A stretch of 63,001 nucleotides of DNA, the filler included, from Choristocarpus tenellus KU-1152 (taxonomy: Eukaryota; Protista; Phaeophyceae): the NCBI GenBank assembly GCA_964200185.2. It is 12 parts of 12 records of this genome, joined end to end, with 100 filler letters (N's around TTAATTAATTAA, not from the genome) between each part and the next. Parts side by side here need not be neighbours in the genome. Positions count along the whole stretch, not along the records: positions 19,867 to 29,062 come from CAXNAD020003890.1; positions 29,163 to 33,580 come from CAXNAD020014645.1; positions 33,681 to 36,980 come from CAXNAD020020938.1; positions 37,081 to 41,240 come from CAXNAD020015916.1; 8 more parts are not named here. One strand, written 5' to 3'. The notes beneath the pieces were generated by a model. It was not told the DNA's origin, searched no databases, and was given only the letters and a program-made list of their open reading frames with translations. The position numbers and the translations under genes are program-made. Shown here piece by piece: positions 27,131 to 39,565 of the stretch (the first letter of the stretch is position 1; the number at the start of each line of letters is the position of its first letter).

Positions 27131-28449
27131 ATTTTTTGGTTTCAGGTCGAACTTAAAGTAAGAGTGATTTTTTCGCTGACATTATTTTATCTGGTCCTTG
27201 CGTATTGTGTCCAACAACCGGGTTTGCATGGTCTGGACCAACATTTGTATTTGTAGACTCTGCAGTTGTACCTTTGGAGTTTGAAGTTTATGACTGGCAG
27301 GGTAACCCTAATTAAAGACAAATTCAATGCAAACATTCTCCCTACTGTGAAATATTCGACGTGATCAAGTCCAATGTGTCCTTCTCTTACCAAATAGTTA
27401 ATCAGCTTAGGTTCAATATTTGTGTTCTCATGTTGATATCGTATTTCCATAATCTTTTACGACAGAACACACCTCATAAATACAAGCGTAGCATCCCGCG
27501 GGATGACACCTTTTCACACCCCAAACAGTCCTTCTGATGCGAAGCGAAGCTGACAACGTTTAATCTCAACTATGATGTCTAACACTGCATATTGTCCTTT
27601 TAGCACCGTGAAGGTGAACGTCAGAGTTCTTCTCATGTTTTACCTTCACCATTATGGGGTGCTTTTGTGATGTAAGTATAGCACCGTTTGGGATTTTATA
27701 GTTTACAGATACTATAGTCGTATACCCTAAGACGCATCCAAAACTTGGCCCAACCTTTAGAATAAAGGAGGGTACGCTTCTGTCTTAGTTTCAGTGATCG
27801 AATACTTTTGTTCCTTCTAAACATTTCAACTTTGATGAAGCTTGTATCGCTGTGCGTCGTTGCTCTGGAACACATTCTTTGCGCCAAACTGCAACATTCA
27901 TATATGCCAGTAAGTTTTATATACAACCAAAATTAGGAGTGCGTCTGTCAACAGGCTGTCTCCCTAATGGTGTCACAATGCTTACATAATGGGTTTCACT
28001 GTACAGTCATCGGCCAAGGATTTGGCAACATTGTTCCTGACTCTAAGTAATTAACGAATATATGACACAAAAATATGACCCCCCTATTTCCCATAATCCC
28101 AAACCCAACAGAGATTTGCATACAAGCAGGCATATGTTATACATTGTTCATGCTACGCTTCTCACCAAATCGACCTACATCCGTGACACGACACACACCT
28201 CACCCACATGGATGGACAGTTGTCAACCCAACCCGCTAACCACAACACTACAATAATGTGCACATACTCCAATCAATCAACCCATAGCCCGTCGACAAAC
28301 CTTTTCCTAACCCTCTTTCCACACCCAACATACCACTCGCTAACCCTAACAAAATACCAATGAATACCAGACTATCGACCTACACGCACGTGAACAACTT
28401 CTTCATGTCGTACCCGACCATATTTACATCGACCACACCATTTACACCC

Positions 28450-28546
28450 TAGATTTTAAAAGTTCAATTGAGGAATTACAAGAATATTCGTCAATGTACA
28501 GTGATTAATATTTCTGTAATTCCCTTCATAGAACTTTTAAAATCTA
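28450..28546. repeat. 97-bp imperfect inverted repeat (hairpin)
   Basis: TAGATTTTAAAAGTTC..AGGAATTACAAGAATATT / AATATTTCTGTAATTCC..GAACTTTTAAAATCTA. Confidence 0.9.
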
Positions 28547-29162
28547 TACACCAACAAATAAAACTACTCGATTAACTCGAAGTAATCCGACTAATTCCAA
28601 ACCCTACTAGGGATGCCTCTTCACAACGGATGTAGACACTTGTTCACATCGCGAACCACAAACTGCCAGTTAAAACTAACAGTTAACCCTAACGAATGAC
28701 CATTTATTCAATACTTCATGAAGAAAAGCACGGGAAAATGGGCACTCCACCATATACTTCAATCAGTCTCCAACCACTCCTTTCACTAAATCAAGTGCAA
28801 ATTCGAAAATCTTCTTCAAAAACCAGTAGGGACAGTCTATTTTGCTGGAGACTCTAACTTACCACGAACATAATAACTAAGTGTAATCCGCACACAATTC
28901 TACGAAACACACGTTCAATCCCCCGCATATAAGCAACTTACCCAACAAACGCGATATGGTAAAATGGACCCCAAATGGACACCCGCCCCCCCCTCCCAGA
29001 TACTTTGACCCTAAGCCTCCCCTTGTGTAATAGGTGATATTTCCATTACGAAATCCTTCACCNNNNNNNNNNNNNNNNNNNNNNNNNNNNNNNNNNNNNN
29101 NNNNNNTTAATTAATTAANNNNNNNNNNNNNNNNNNNNNNNNNNNNNNNNNNNNNNNNNNNN

Positions 29163-29302
29163 AAGACACATTTTCATAACGTACACATTTTACCTACTCC
29201 GAGATATTTTGGAGTAGAAAAATGTACTAAAACCACCGAAAGAAACCAAGCCCCAAATGGATAAACAGGGAAAAAATCGTACCCTCTAAGATACTTTCAC
29301 AC
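29163..29302 (+). mobile_element. Half copy of MITE family B
   Basis: Ends ...CGTACCCTCTAAGATACTTTCACAC; aligns with the 30680 and 58653 copies. Confidence 0.85.
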
Positions 29303-30029
29303 CATCACACATCTTGTGGTGCCTATTTCCTTGGGCACCTCCTGTTTCCAATGTTGACAATCCCAGTCGGTCGGGGTGGTCCCCTTTAATATTATTTTTA
29401 TTTAACAAACTATAATTGTGCTCAATCTCTGCAAGTGGTCATGTAGTCCTGTCACTCTAGAAGGAGTAATTTGTGGCGGCGGCGACAGGTGTGACACCTT
29501 TTTTGCTCTCATGCCACTTACTAAGCATCTAAGAATTTCCCGTTCTCATTATCGTAGAGGGTTAAAGTTTGTTGAGTTGAACTGCTCACAATCGACCTCT
29601 CTCAGGTGTACACTAGTTACTTGTAAAAAGTTTTCGTGCAAAGTATGGTGAACAGGGTAAAAGATTGGTGGGAATTGCAAGACCCTGAAACTACTTTTAC
29701 CTACCATCGAAACCCCCACATTTGTTCGTAACTAGATTCTCACCTGCTCTGTTGGGTAGGTGGTACGCAGGTACTCAATGACCTCCACCATGTCGTCTGT
29801 GGTCTTGGCACGCTTTCCAAGACGGACGGTCAAGGTTCTAGCGGTCTTTGTGATGACCCCTAAGGGAACCAGACACAATTTCGTTGAAAAAGGCATAGGA
29901 ATTGAAGAGCAGGGTACGAGGATGCTCAAGAATAGTTTCTTGCTTAAAGATACGTTTCTTGCTTAAATATACGTTCTTGCTTAAAGATATATTCCGATTG
30001 CGCCATTTTTGCGTGCAAAAGGTTATCGA

Positions 30030-31920
30030 AGTTCAGATACGTGAGAACAAAATATTTCGCACTTTGGTATAGTGTAATATCTGTGGGTATGAATTGGTGA
30101 AGTGGGTGAATCCGTTGCCTATTCTCTGCCTATGTATGGGAAAAAGAAACATTGCCCTGGTACATTCTGTGCAACATTTTCTCTGTATCCCCCAAGCAAG
30201 CTCATTTCTTGGATGATTGACGTGCATGAACTAGAAAGGCAATGAAGATTTCCGGGTGTCTACATTTCTTTGTTGCATGTCATGGTGCATTGATAATATG
30301 GTTCTGTGCACTGTGTTGTAGTTCGATTTTCAAACATCTATACACGAGTCATTTCTTTGGCAGGGATCCATGGGTCTCTGTTCCACTATCAAGATAGAGT
30401 TTTTGAGACCTGTCTGACGAGATATCGTTGCAGTAACGCATTCTAGGATACCCCGTGGCAACCTCCTCCCAAGATTCAGAAGGTTCTTGGCTGTATCTTC
30501 ACAGTCCACAGTAACAAGGATGCCCTGGATCTGGAGGGGCACGGAGGAGTCGCAGAGATCCAGCACTGTGTTGCTATACCTGGTCCAGAGTGCCAGGTGT
30601 GATACAGAGGACATGCACAAGGGGGTGTTGTCCCATCCAAATCGCAAAAGCAAGGCATCTCTTAACTGGTACGAACTTTGAGCCAAATTATCTTATAGGG
30701 TAGGACCATGTCCATTTGGAGGCCAAAATCCAATTTCGCGAATTTGATGTAATTTTGGCTATAGTGTTTGCTTGGAAGTGACAAAATCCTTGTTCCGGAC
30801 ACACCTTTTCGTAACATACACTTTTTGCCTACTCCGAAACATTTCGGGGTAGAAAAATATCATACCAAACGGACAAACAGGGCAAAACTCGTACCCTCTA
30901 TTAATAAGATACTTTCACTCTTTCCTGCTCTGCATTGTGCACGTAATTTTTTACCAGGACAGGTAGAACAGAGATCAAATTGAGAACACTCTTATCTGTT
31001 TGCAAGAGGAGATTCGTACTCAAGAGATGACTACATACATGCTGTGGTTTTACAGCTCCCCTGAACTGCAAACGTTGAAACAGAGTTATGCAGCATCATT
31101 CGCACCTGCTGAGCACTTCTTCAAAGATTGGCAGCTGTGAAATGTTCACATCAATGGAGCTGAGCTGTGACATGTCGGTCTCAGAGAACAGGTACACGAA
31201 AGGATCATAGACGCTGCATTGGACTCCCAGTTTGTTGCTACTGGATCTAGTACACAGAAGGAGAGTATCCACCACCAGGGAGAGTCAGAGAACAACCAAC
31301 ATGATGCAGGACATGCACGCATTGAGAAGAAGAATCACAAGGCTTTGGCAGTTACTGCGAAGAAGATGTAATGGCATGCATGCGGCAGTCTACAATGTAT
31401 GTGGGGAAGTGATATTCAATGTATGTGGGCTAACGTGAACAGTTACTACGATTGATTGATTGCTTGATGGGCTCAGATTAGTTTGATGCATTGTGCAATG
31501 ATACTGACATTGAGAAAAGGTCCATGGCCAACAAATTCGGACCCATGACCAGATAGGCAGTACAAAAAAAGGGACCAGGAACAGTTCACATACATGTGTG
31601 TATGAACAAAAGCACAGAATGCAAAAATGCAGGGGGGATAAGCAGAAAGAAGAAAGAAGCAATAATAAGTATAAGAAAGACTAAAAAAATGAAAATGAAC
31701 ATATTATAGCACTTGACATGGACACTGGTAGTGTTAAAAACTATTGTATCTCCAGTATACAATCCAGGTTAAGGGTGGATGCTTCTCAGATGATGGAGGT
31801 GCAAGGTTGTGTCATACATACAGTCTTCTTCGTTATACAATACTGTTCATCTCAAAGTGCATGGAGCTTTGCATCCAGCCTGACCATGGCTACCAACAAC
31901 CAGCACAATCCTTAGTATAT
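30030..31920 (-). pseudogene. Highly degraded hAT-like transposase relic, interrupted by MITE B
   Basis: LRDALLLRFGW and PMDPCQR (LDPR-like), plus a possible dimerisation-domain remnant (LAWG...ARAMFL-like) near 30100-30200. Confidence 0.35.
30680..30920 (+). mobile_element. Full-length MITE family B copy
   Basis: GAGCCAAATTATCTTATAGGGTAG ... TACCCTCTATTAATAAGATACTTTCACTC; flanks CTTT / TTTC (TTT duplicated). Confidence 0.85.
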
Positions 31921-32145
31921 TCCCTTTCCCAGCAACAATATTGTTTCTAATTAATGTCCTTATGCTAGAACTGTAATAGGACCCCCACCCTTTCCCCGGG
32001 AAATCCACCTGAAAATAGATACAATGCTTGTCACTGTTGATACCACTAGAGGTTCCTGTGGGTCAATCACGGCCAGGAAATCGCCCTCCACCTTCCCTAT
32101 TGAAGGATCAATGAGTTCATATCAGAAAAAAGAGGTAATTTATTA

Positions 32146-32182
<37 letters not shown>

Positions 32183-32862
32183 TAATGTGAATTTTGAAAT
32201 CACATACAATTCAATGGAGGCAGAGGACCCCGGAATCTGAATGGAGAGTGAACCATGAGATAACTATGACAGCAGTTGTAGCTATCAGAATGACTTATTC
32301 ACACTACAAGGATCAAAGTATCCAAGGTCTTCCTCCCCATTGTGTGTTTCGTGTTGACATGAGAACTATACATGCTCAATGAATGTCAGTAAACATTTAT
32401 TACCCTACCATACCCACAATATGCTACAACCGACAGGGGTACTCGCAACACAGAATTATTACTAGACAGATTGAGCAGAACAAGCAACAATCACTCAAAT
32501 TGAAGCAATGTGTATCACACCTCTCTCAGTTCCCCAAAACGCCTGCAGTATGTTCTCATTGTCCACTGATCCCTTCGCTGTGTCCATGACTGAGTTGGAC
32601 ATCCCAGAAAAAAGAGACAAGGCATCCTCGCTACAGCTATCAACGGAGATTGATTCTATGCTGTCATGACGAGTACGTGGGATGGGGGTCACCGTCTTCA
32701 AACAAGATTGGTGAGGGTGTCATGAGAAGGGGAGGGGATGAAAAGAGAGGTCAAGGGGGAAAGATAAGAAGATTGAGATTTGGCTGGGAGCATGAGAGCA
32801 AAGAATGTCTGACCAACAAACAAGTATGTGATGCCTGTGCCTTGGAAAGGTGTGATGGCACA

Positions 32863-33010
32863 GGGCTAAAGTATCTTAGAGGGTAGAGCCGCATTCACTT
32901 GGGGGCCAAAATCCAATGTTGCGATTTTGATGTAATTTTGGCTATCGTGTTTGTTAGGAAGTGTCAATATCCTTGTTCCGAACACACATTTTCATAAGGT
33001 ATACCTTTTA
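32863..33010 (+). mobile_element. Half copy of MITE family B
   Basis: GGGCTAAAGTATCTTAGAGGGTAG...GGCCAAAATCCAAT...GTGTCAATATCCTTGTTCCG. Confidence 0.85.
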
Positions 33011-33526
33011 TCTTAGAGGGATTCAGATCGATGTTAAGTACAGAGAAGTGAGGATGCCTTGATACGGTTTGCTCTGCAACATTTTGCGAATGATCTCTCT
33101 TTGGTCGTCTGTAAGATCTACCTGGGATCTTGAACTCTTTTCAACCTTTCCCGTGTGACTGAAGCTCACTGGTTCAACTCTGTTGAAGCAAACAAGCACC
33201 TCACGAAGCACCTATCAGTAAAGAATGAAAACAATGCGATCATGAATGTGGTTCAAATATTATTATTCAAGGGAATAGGTTCTATACATCGTCCTTGGGA
33301 ACACTGTCGCTCTGTGTTTCCTTTCTTCTCAGCAGGGAGGGTTTCAAACAAATACCCTCCAAGCACAACAGGTATGACCCTATCAAGAGTATTCCACTTC
33401 ATAATGATGGCAACAATGTTATGTCCAAGGCCTCCTATCAGAAATGGAGAGCAACAATAAAAAAGTGTTATTCAATTGGCTATGGGGAACCTGGAGTCAA
33501 TTGAAGTAGCCGAGGAAAATAATAGA

Positions 33527-33580
33527 GGCTCCAAGTATCTGGGAGGGGGGGGGGGGGGGGGGTAAAAAACGCGGGGGTTT
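33527..33580 (+). mobile_element. Family A terminus running into a gap
   Basis: GGCTCCAAGTATCTGGGAGG(G)n. Confidence 0.7.
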
Positions 33581-34619
33581 NNNNNNNNNNNNNNNNNNNN
33601 NNNNNNNNNNNNNNNNNNNNNNNNTTAATTAATTAANNNNNNNNNNNNNNNNNNNNNNNNNNNNNNNNNNNNNNNNNNNNCACCGATGGTGTCTATAGTG
33701 TTTCAGCAGCACTATCTACGAACACTCTCCCTTGCTGCGCAGACACTATACACCCTGAGATTCTACTTCTCTGAAAACTTGAAAGAAACAAACTTCTGCT
33801 AGTTCTCTAAAAAACAATGCAATAAATATACCCTAATATCAATGTTGACATTGGGTCTGTGTAGGTACAAAAAATCAGTCATCAATCTAGACCTTTGTCC
33901 TACTGCAGCCTCCAGTGGAAACATTATGGGGTACCTTCTCCTGCAAGTCTTTAGTGTTGAAACCTGAATCGAATGCATCGTACATGTAGGCAAAATGCGT
34001 AGATTACTAGCGATGAGGAATCATGGTGTTGCAAAGCACCGATGAGTGATATGCGTAGTCTATGTTATGTAGAGGTGTGATGATGCTGCAAAGCACCGAT
34101 GTATTTATTCTGTTGTAACTGAGGTCATTGATCTCTCAGTCAAGAATGATGCGATGTGAATTCAGTGTTCTTTCATGTGGTACTCAACGAAAGAAGTCCA
34201 TGCTCTGTGGAGAGGCTTGTTACCTTGACTGGCAAGGGTTTCTGCGGATGGTTTTAACCCTGATTATATTACATCCACGTGTGTGTGAGATACACAGTTT
34301 GCAGAGTGGCGTTGATGCAATTTGATAGATCAATGGCAGTCACGAAAGAAATAATAATCAGCCATCAATGTACAACTGTCACCTTCTGCTGATAAGAAAA
34401 ACAAACAACAGAACAACAGAACAAAATTAAAATAATATGTGATGCAACTCCAATGACGTATACTATACTATATACTATACTATTTGTGTGGAACGAAGAG
34501 CGACTGTTCTGTACTAAGGTGTTCTTATTGTAGTTGATGTGGTGATGANNNNNNNNNNCTGGTGGAACTGTATCGTATCAAGGAACAAACAGATGAGTAG
34601 CCTATGTTTGAACACTTAG

Positions 34620-34910
34620 CGATGTCACATTGCGTCTCCCACAATCCATGAAATGGCAGGGTCCTCAGCAATACACCCAGCGTCTCCTACAATCAACGAA
34701 ACTTCCCTAGTACATCACCACTACAGATCATCGGAACAAAGTAATATGGTGGAACTGTCACTTCCTATCTATCCTATCACAATCTCTACGAACACATCCT
34801 GGGATGTTTTCTACTGCGGGTCCTTAGCCATACCAAAAAATGCGTCTCCCACGATCCTGGAAATAGCGGGGTCCTTAGCAATACTATGTTGCGTCTCCCA
34901 CGACCCACAA
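34620..34910. repeat. Degenerate ~50-bp repeat cluster
   Basis: GCGTCTCC(C/T)AC at ~34632, 34680, 34842, 34890; GGGTCCT(C/T)AGC.ATA at ~34660, 34818, 34869. Confidence 0.7.
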
Positions 34911-36867
34911 AATATCCCTAGTGTCATGCCTAAAGTGAATCTTTGGAAAAGAGTAGTACTAAAAAATTGACATACTACTAATATACCATACACATAAAAA
35001 AACGAGGAAAACCTCTCTCTGACTTTAATAGTTCTTCTATCTAAAGTCAGTCTGCATACAACATCACAGCTGTCACTTGAACTACTGTGGGTACCTATGC
35101 ACTAAAATACACAACAAATGGGGGCAAACTCAAATAAAATAATTTGAAAGAACACAAGGGAAGATAGTCACAAAGGGGTAATGTTCTCAGTCACCGAAAA
35201 AGGAGCTCCTGATGAAGCCTTCCAACCTTTCCAGTCTCGAGCTGATGTCTTCCACCTCTTGAGATTCGGTTGGGGGAGGAGTTGTGGTTGATACCATATG
35301 CGATCCCTCCTTAGCCCCCCTTCCAGAAGGTCTTCCTGTCTTTCCCTGGCTCGAACACTCAGGGGACATTCGCTCACCACGTGACCTAACCCTGTACATC
35401 TCGTGCATCTTCCTCCTTGGTCTTCATCCCCCCCAGTCTTCTAGCCCAATCAAGGTTGGGGCAGTCGCACTTCGTGTGGCCATCTTTGCCACACATAAAA
35501 CAGACTACGCGGTCCTTTCATCGACCCTTTCTAACAGCAGCTTAACTACTCACCCTCCTTCCTGAAGCAAGGGCGTGATCAGGTAGAAGCCTCGTCAGAC
35601 ATTCTGCTTGAATTCCTGGTATTTTGCCCTGATTTTTTGCCTATCTATTTATCCACGTAGACCCCTTCCCTATTTGCTGTCAACATTATCCTCCCTCCAT
35701 CCCATTAGTCTGTGACGCTTAGAGTGTAACTTCTGGAGATGACCTCCAATGAAAGAACGTCCTTCTTAAGTTGGATTCCTTGATGTTTTCTACGTGAAAA
35801 TCATTATTTATCGCTTCCTCGCACCTATCAATCCATGAATCCACCGCCGCATCGAAAGCCCCTCTATTGATTCAGACCGATTATGGCAGAGACTCCCCTC
35901 ACACTGCCTTTTCTTAGTTCCAGTGTGCTGTACCTCCAAATCGTTACCTCCTAGCGCCTTCAAACCTTGATTGTACCGCATAAAGAGGTTCTCTCACCCC
36001 CTCTCTAAAGTAGTTGTGTCGTACATGCCGTACATACTCTCTACCCCTTTTCATAAGGGTTTCTATCGTATCATAATTCTCCCTCCAAACTCTACTTTTT
36101 AGGGGTGCAAAGAACCCCAAATCATTGATATTGAGACAAGGCGACTGGGCAAGCTGCGTTACGAGCTTGACGTTTCACCCCTCCTCCCTCCCGACTTCGT
36201 TGAGCTTCCTCGGCGTGTCTTTTCCAATACGGGGGGTCACTCCGTCCTACTGCCTGACCACCTCCTCACTCTCCATCCACGGCATTTCTTCCTTCAATGT
36301 GGGGAGAAAGCCTCCTCCCAGTACCACTTGGCCTCGATGATCACATCGAAGTAGTACTTCTGCCTGCCCCCTCTTGCGGCGGGCTGAATTTCAATTTCGA
36401 ACTTCTCTGCACCTGCTTGATGATGCAAACACGCCAGATTCCGATCTTGGGTCGAAATGACGAGAAGGATATGGGCGCGAAACGGCGCAGATGAACACCA
36501 CCCTAGGAATGTGGCTCTTGTGCTATTCCTTGGTGGAGCCCGCCCTTTCCTACCCGGTCCACCCTTTCGGAGGCCGTTTATTACCCGGAGGTAGTGCTAA
36601 GACGTAGTGTACAAACCAGTGCGTTTCGACCTTTTCCCCTCAGTTCGCAATTTTTAACTCAGGGCGATGGGCTCTTGCAAAAGACGGCATGGGAGTCACA
36701 TCGCAGATGGTCTGGAGGCTAAGCGAGAGCCATACGAATCTTGTCATGGTGCTGAGATGTGTGACGATGGGGGGACATGGTACGTATTGGTACAGTAGGT
36801 TACCCCATTTGGTTCACCCATGGGCATGCCCGAAAAAAGCGGAGCAAAATTGATGTGGTACAAAACC

Positions 36868-36980
36868 GGGAAATCAATCGTGGACTCGACTAACAATCGT
36901 GGCATTCCTGGGAAATCAATCATGGAATCAACTAATTAATCGTGGTGAGCTGGGAAATCAATCGTTGAAGCGACTAATTA
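36868..36980. repeat. 42-bp tandem repeat running into a gap
   Basis: GGGAAATCAATC(G/A)T..A..C(G/A)ACTAA at 36868, 36910, 36952. Confidence 0.85.
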
Positions 36981-37111
36981 NNNNNNNNNNNNNNNNNNNN
37001 NNNNNNNNNNNNNNNNNNNNNNNNTTAATTAATTAANNNNNNNNNNNNNNNNNNNNNNNNNNNNNNNNNNNNNNNNNNNNGGGGAAAGGGTGTTCCCCAA
37101 ATTTCTTACAA

Positions 37112-37152
<41 letters not shown>

Positions 37153-39534
37153 TATGAACATACTTGCTCTGTTTAGCCTTCAGTCGGAACAGTTAGCAGG
37201 GTAGGCTGTAAGAAAAACGATCGTCCCGAACCCGGTTTTGACCATTACCCTTACTAGATCCTTCTCGATTGTGGTCTCAGCCCCTTTCCTAATCAGAGAC
37301 TTCGCTCCACTCCACTCTTCAGTGGCGTATCCCTTCCTATCAAATGAACTCCTTCTAAATCAACGTTGGCGATGAAGGTTTTTAAAAAATATGATAATTT
37401 AAGACTAGGGCTAGGGTTGGAGCTACACGCAGCAGTGGTGGACGCCTTCCCCTTTTGTGACACCCCCCCCCCCCCCTTCCCCCCGGCCTTTAATGAATTC
37501 CCGAATTTGTTGATTGTAATTTGTGACGAACTATTGTATTCTCCAATGCATATCAATTATTACTGCTTACTATTGTACATATTTCAGAGTAGAGACAATG
37601 TTTCAGGTGGAGTACGACACGCCCTTCAAAACATACATGTGTGCATGCCGATGCCCTCTGTAGAGACAGACAACATCGTACGCATCTTTGCCAATCTCAT
37701 GTGACAAGGCACGAAAAGCAAAACCAATCGAATCATCTCCCCCTAATAACGAGGTCCTTGTAAAAACCGCCCTTCCTGTCAGAGGGAGTGCGTGGGCTTG
37801 CTCGCCCTGGCTTCTGTGTGTCTCAGTCCACCATTCTCAGCCGGTAGTGGGGTGGTCACAGCAGGGCAGCGGCGAGGGCAGAGGGTAGGGGGAGGGGGGG
37901 GGAGGGAGGCAGAAGGTTTGACATCCCACACCAACTACAAAGGATTGAATGCTGACGGGAGTGGTAGCGTTGGTAGGGATGTTGAGATCGTCTCGTCAGC
38001 AGCCTGGTCGGCCCTGCGCCAGAACCTCAGGGATTTGCTAGGGCCGCTGGAGGCGTTATTGGACCAGATGCTAGCCCAGGTGTCCCCTGCGTCTTCTGGG
38101 ACTGTGAGGGGAGGGGCAGGCAGAAGTGGGGATAGACCAGTGGATGGAAGGACCATGGATGCCGCATTGAACGAACAGGTTCGGAACTAGTGCTACTGCT
38201 ACTCTAGTGGTGAGGTCAAGGTGTGCTGAACAGTGGGGGGGAATAGGTTGATTCCGTTGGGGTGAGAGACAGGGCCGCCGCTTTCTTGAGCAAGATTTGG
38301 GGCGGGGGGCTGATGGTGTGTAGTTATTTTGGTTGGGTGTATTGGTGCTTTTGTCGTTAACACGGGCAGGAATCTCATGTCCTGTTGGCACAGATTTTGT
38401 AGTGGAAGTATCTAGGGTAGATGATCTGAAGTAGATGTCTGCTATGTGTGGATAGTTTTGTCCAATGAGGAGTAGGTCTTCCGACTATCCACTGTGTTAT
38501 TTATATCCTGCCCGCATAGTAGTGAGAGTTTACACTAGATTCTATTTTTTTTTTTTGTGGTGGTTAAGAACAGTCGGTTGATGTGTAGGGAAAGGATCAA
38601 GGCCCGAAACATTTTTTTTTTTAAGTGAAAAACTGGTGCGCATCTGATGAAATCGACACGATCCCTGCTTCTTTTTTTGTAGGGAGGGCTTGATCTAGGG
38701 GATAGCTTTGTTCACCTTTGCTGAGAGACTTGTTATTTTGGTGGATTCCGGTTGGTTGGTAGGGCTCTGCTGTGTGGAGGAGGTGCCTGTTCTGATAAAA
38801 TAACAAAAAAAAAACCTTGATGCGTGTGAGATTCACAGAGGTGGGACATACATAAGAAAATGAGAGCATATACGCAATCACGTACAGTCAGACAACTCTC
38901 TCTCTCTCACACACACACACACACGCAAACACCGCCTGTTCAGGTGGGTTCCTTAATGTTGATATTGGGGTACTATGCATCTGTTGGCACGGATGGTACC
39001 TTCCCAAAGGTACATCCTCCCGGGCTCGGGATGGGGACGGGAGAGACCAACATTTCCCAGAAGCTGATTCGGCTGGCGCTGGTACTGGACCGTTCTTTGT
39101 TTTCCTCTTGGGGGCAGGTGTGTCTTGTCGCTTGAGTGGTCTACTTTGCCTTGCCCTCTTTTTTTTTGCTGGTGTTTGCTCCTTGGGAGGGCCACTGAAG
39201 AGAGAGGGTTTTGATGGTTGTGTCCGTGGGGGCAGGGGGGAAAGGGAAATATAAATTAAATAAAATTTTGAAGTCAGGGATGAAAGCGGGGGACCCAAGA
39301 GTGCATGGATCGCTGATTTTGATGAAAACCGGAGGTGCATCGCTGAGGGTGGTCAACACCTTGGTGTGTCGTTATATTGTCAACAGTATAGGCTAGAATC
39401 CGTTAGTATTCCGCTGTTGGTGTCTCTTTTGTGGTTCAATGTCGGAAAACAGTGAAGGGAGGCTAGCCTGTTTTACGTTACACTTAGTCTGAGTTGTTCT
39501 GCTTCTGACGGCTTCTTGTATTTGATCAGACAGG

Positions 39535-39565
<31 letters not shown>

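Larger units (their letters stand above)
17160..29011 (-). mobile_element. Putative ~12 kb Sola2-like DNA transposon with accessory ORFs; left boundary tentative
   Basis: Right TIR (C)nTCCCAGATACTTTGACCC|TAAG at 29011. Candidate left TIR TATG|GAACCAAAGTATCCTAGAG at 17160 (flanks match 3 of 4). Encloses the Sola2-type transposase and spans one assembly gap. Confidence 0.5.

Noticed and set aside
27470-27636. FKBP-like peptide (TFTVLKGQ...KRCQL...GVIPRDATLVF) on the minus strand
   Set aside because: There is a stop inside the motif at the same position in both copies, and the paralog at ~10850 does not keep ATLVF; likely coincidence
19868-29011. Fanzor/TnpB or TET/JBP cargo in the large element
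   Set aside because: No RuvC (D..E..D with Zn finger) or 2OG-Fe(II) motifs recognised in any frame I read
33023-33480. Possible transposase C-terminal fragment
   Set aside because: Only vague resemblance, with multiple stops; not supportable
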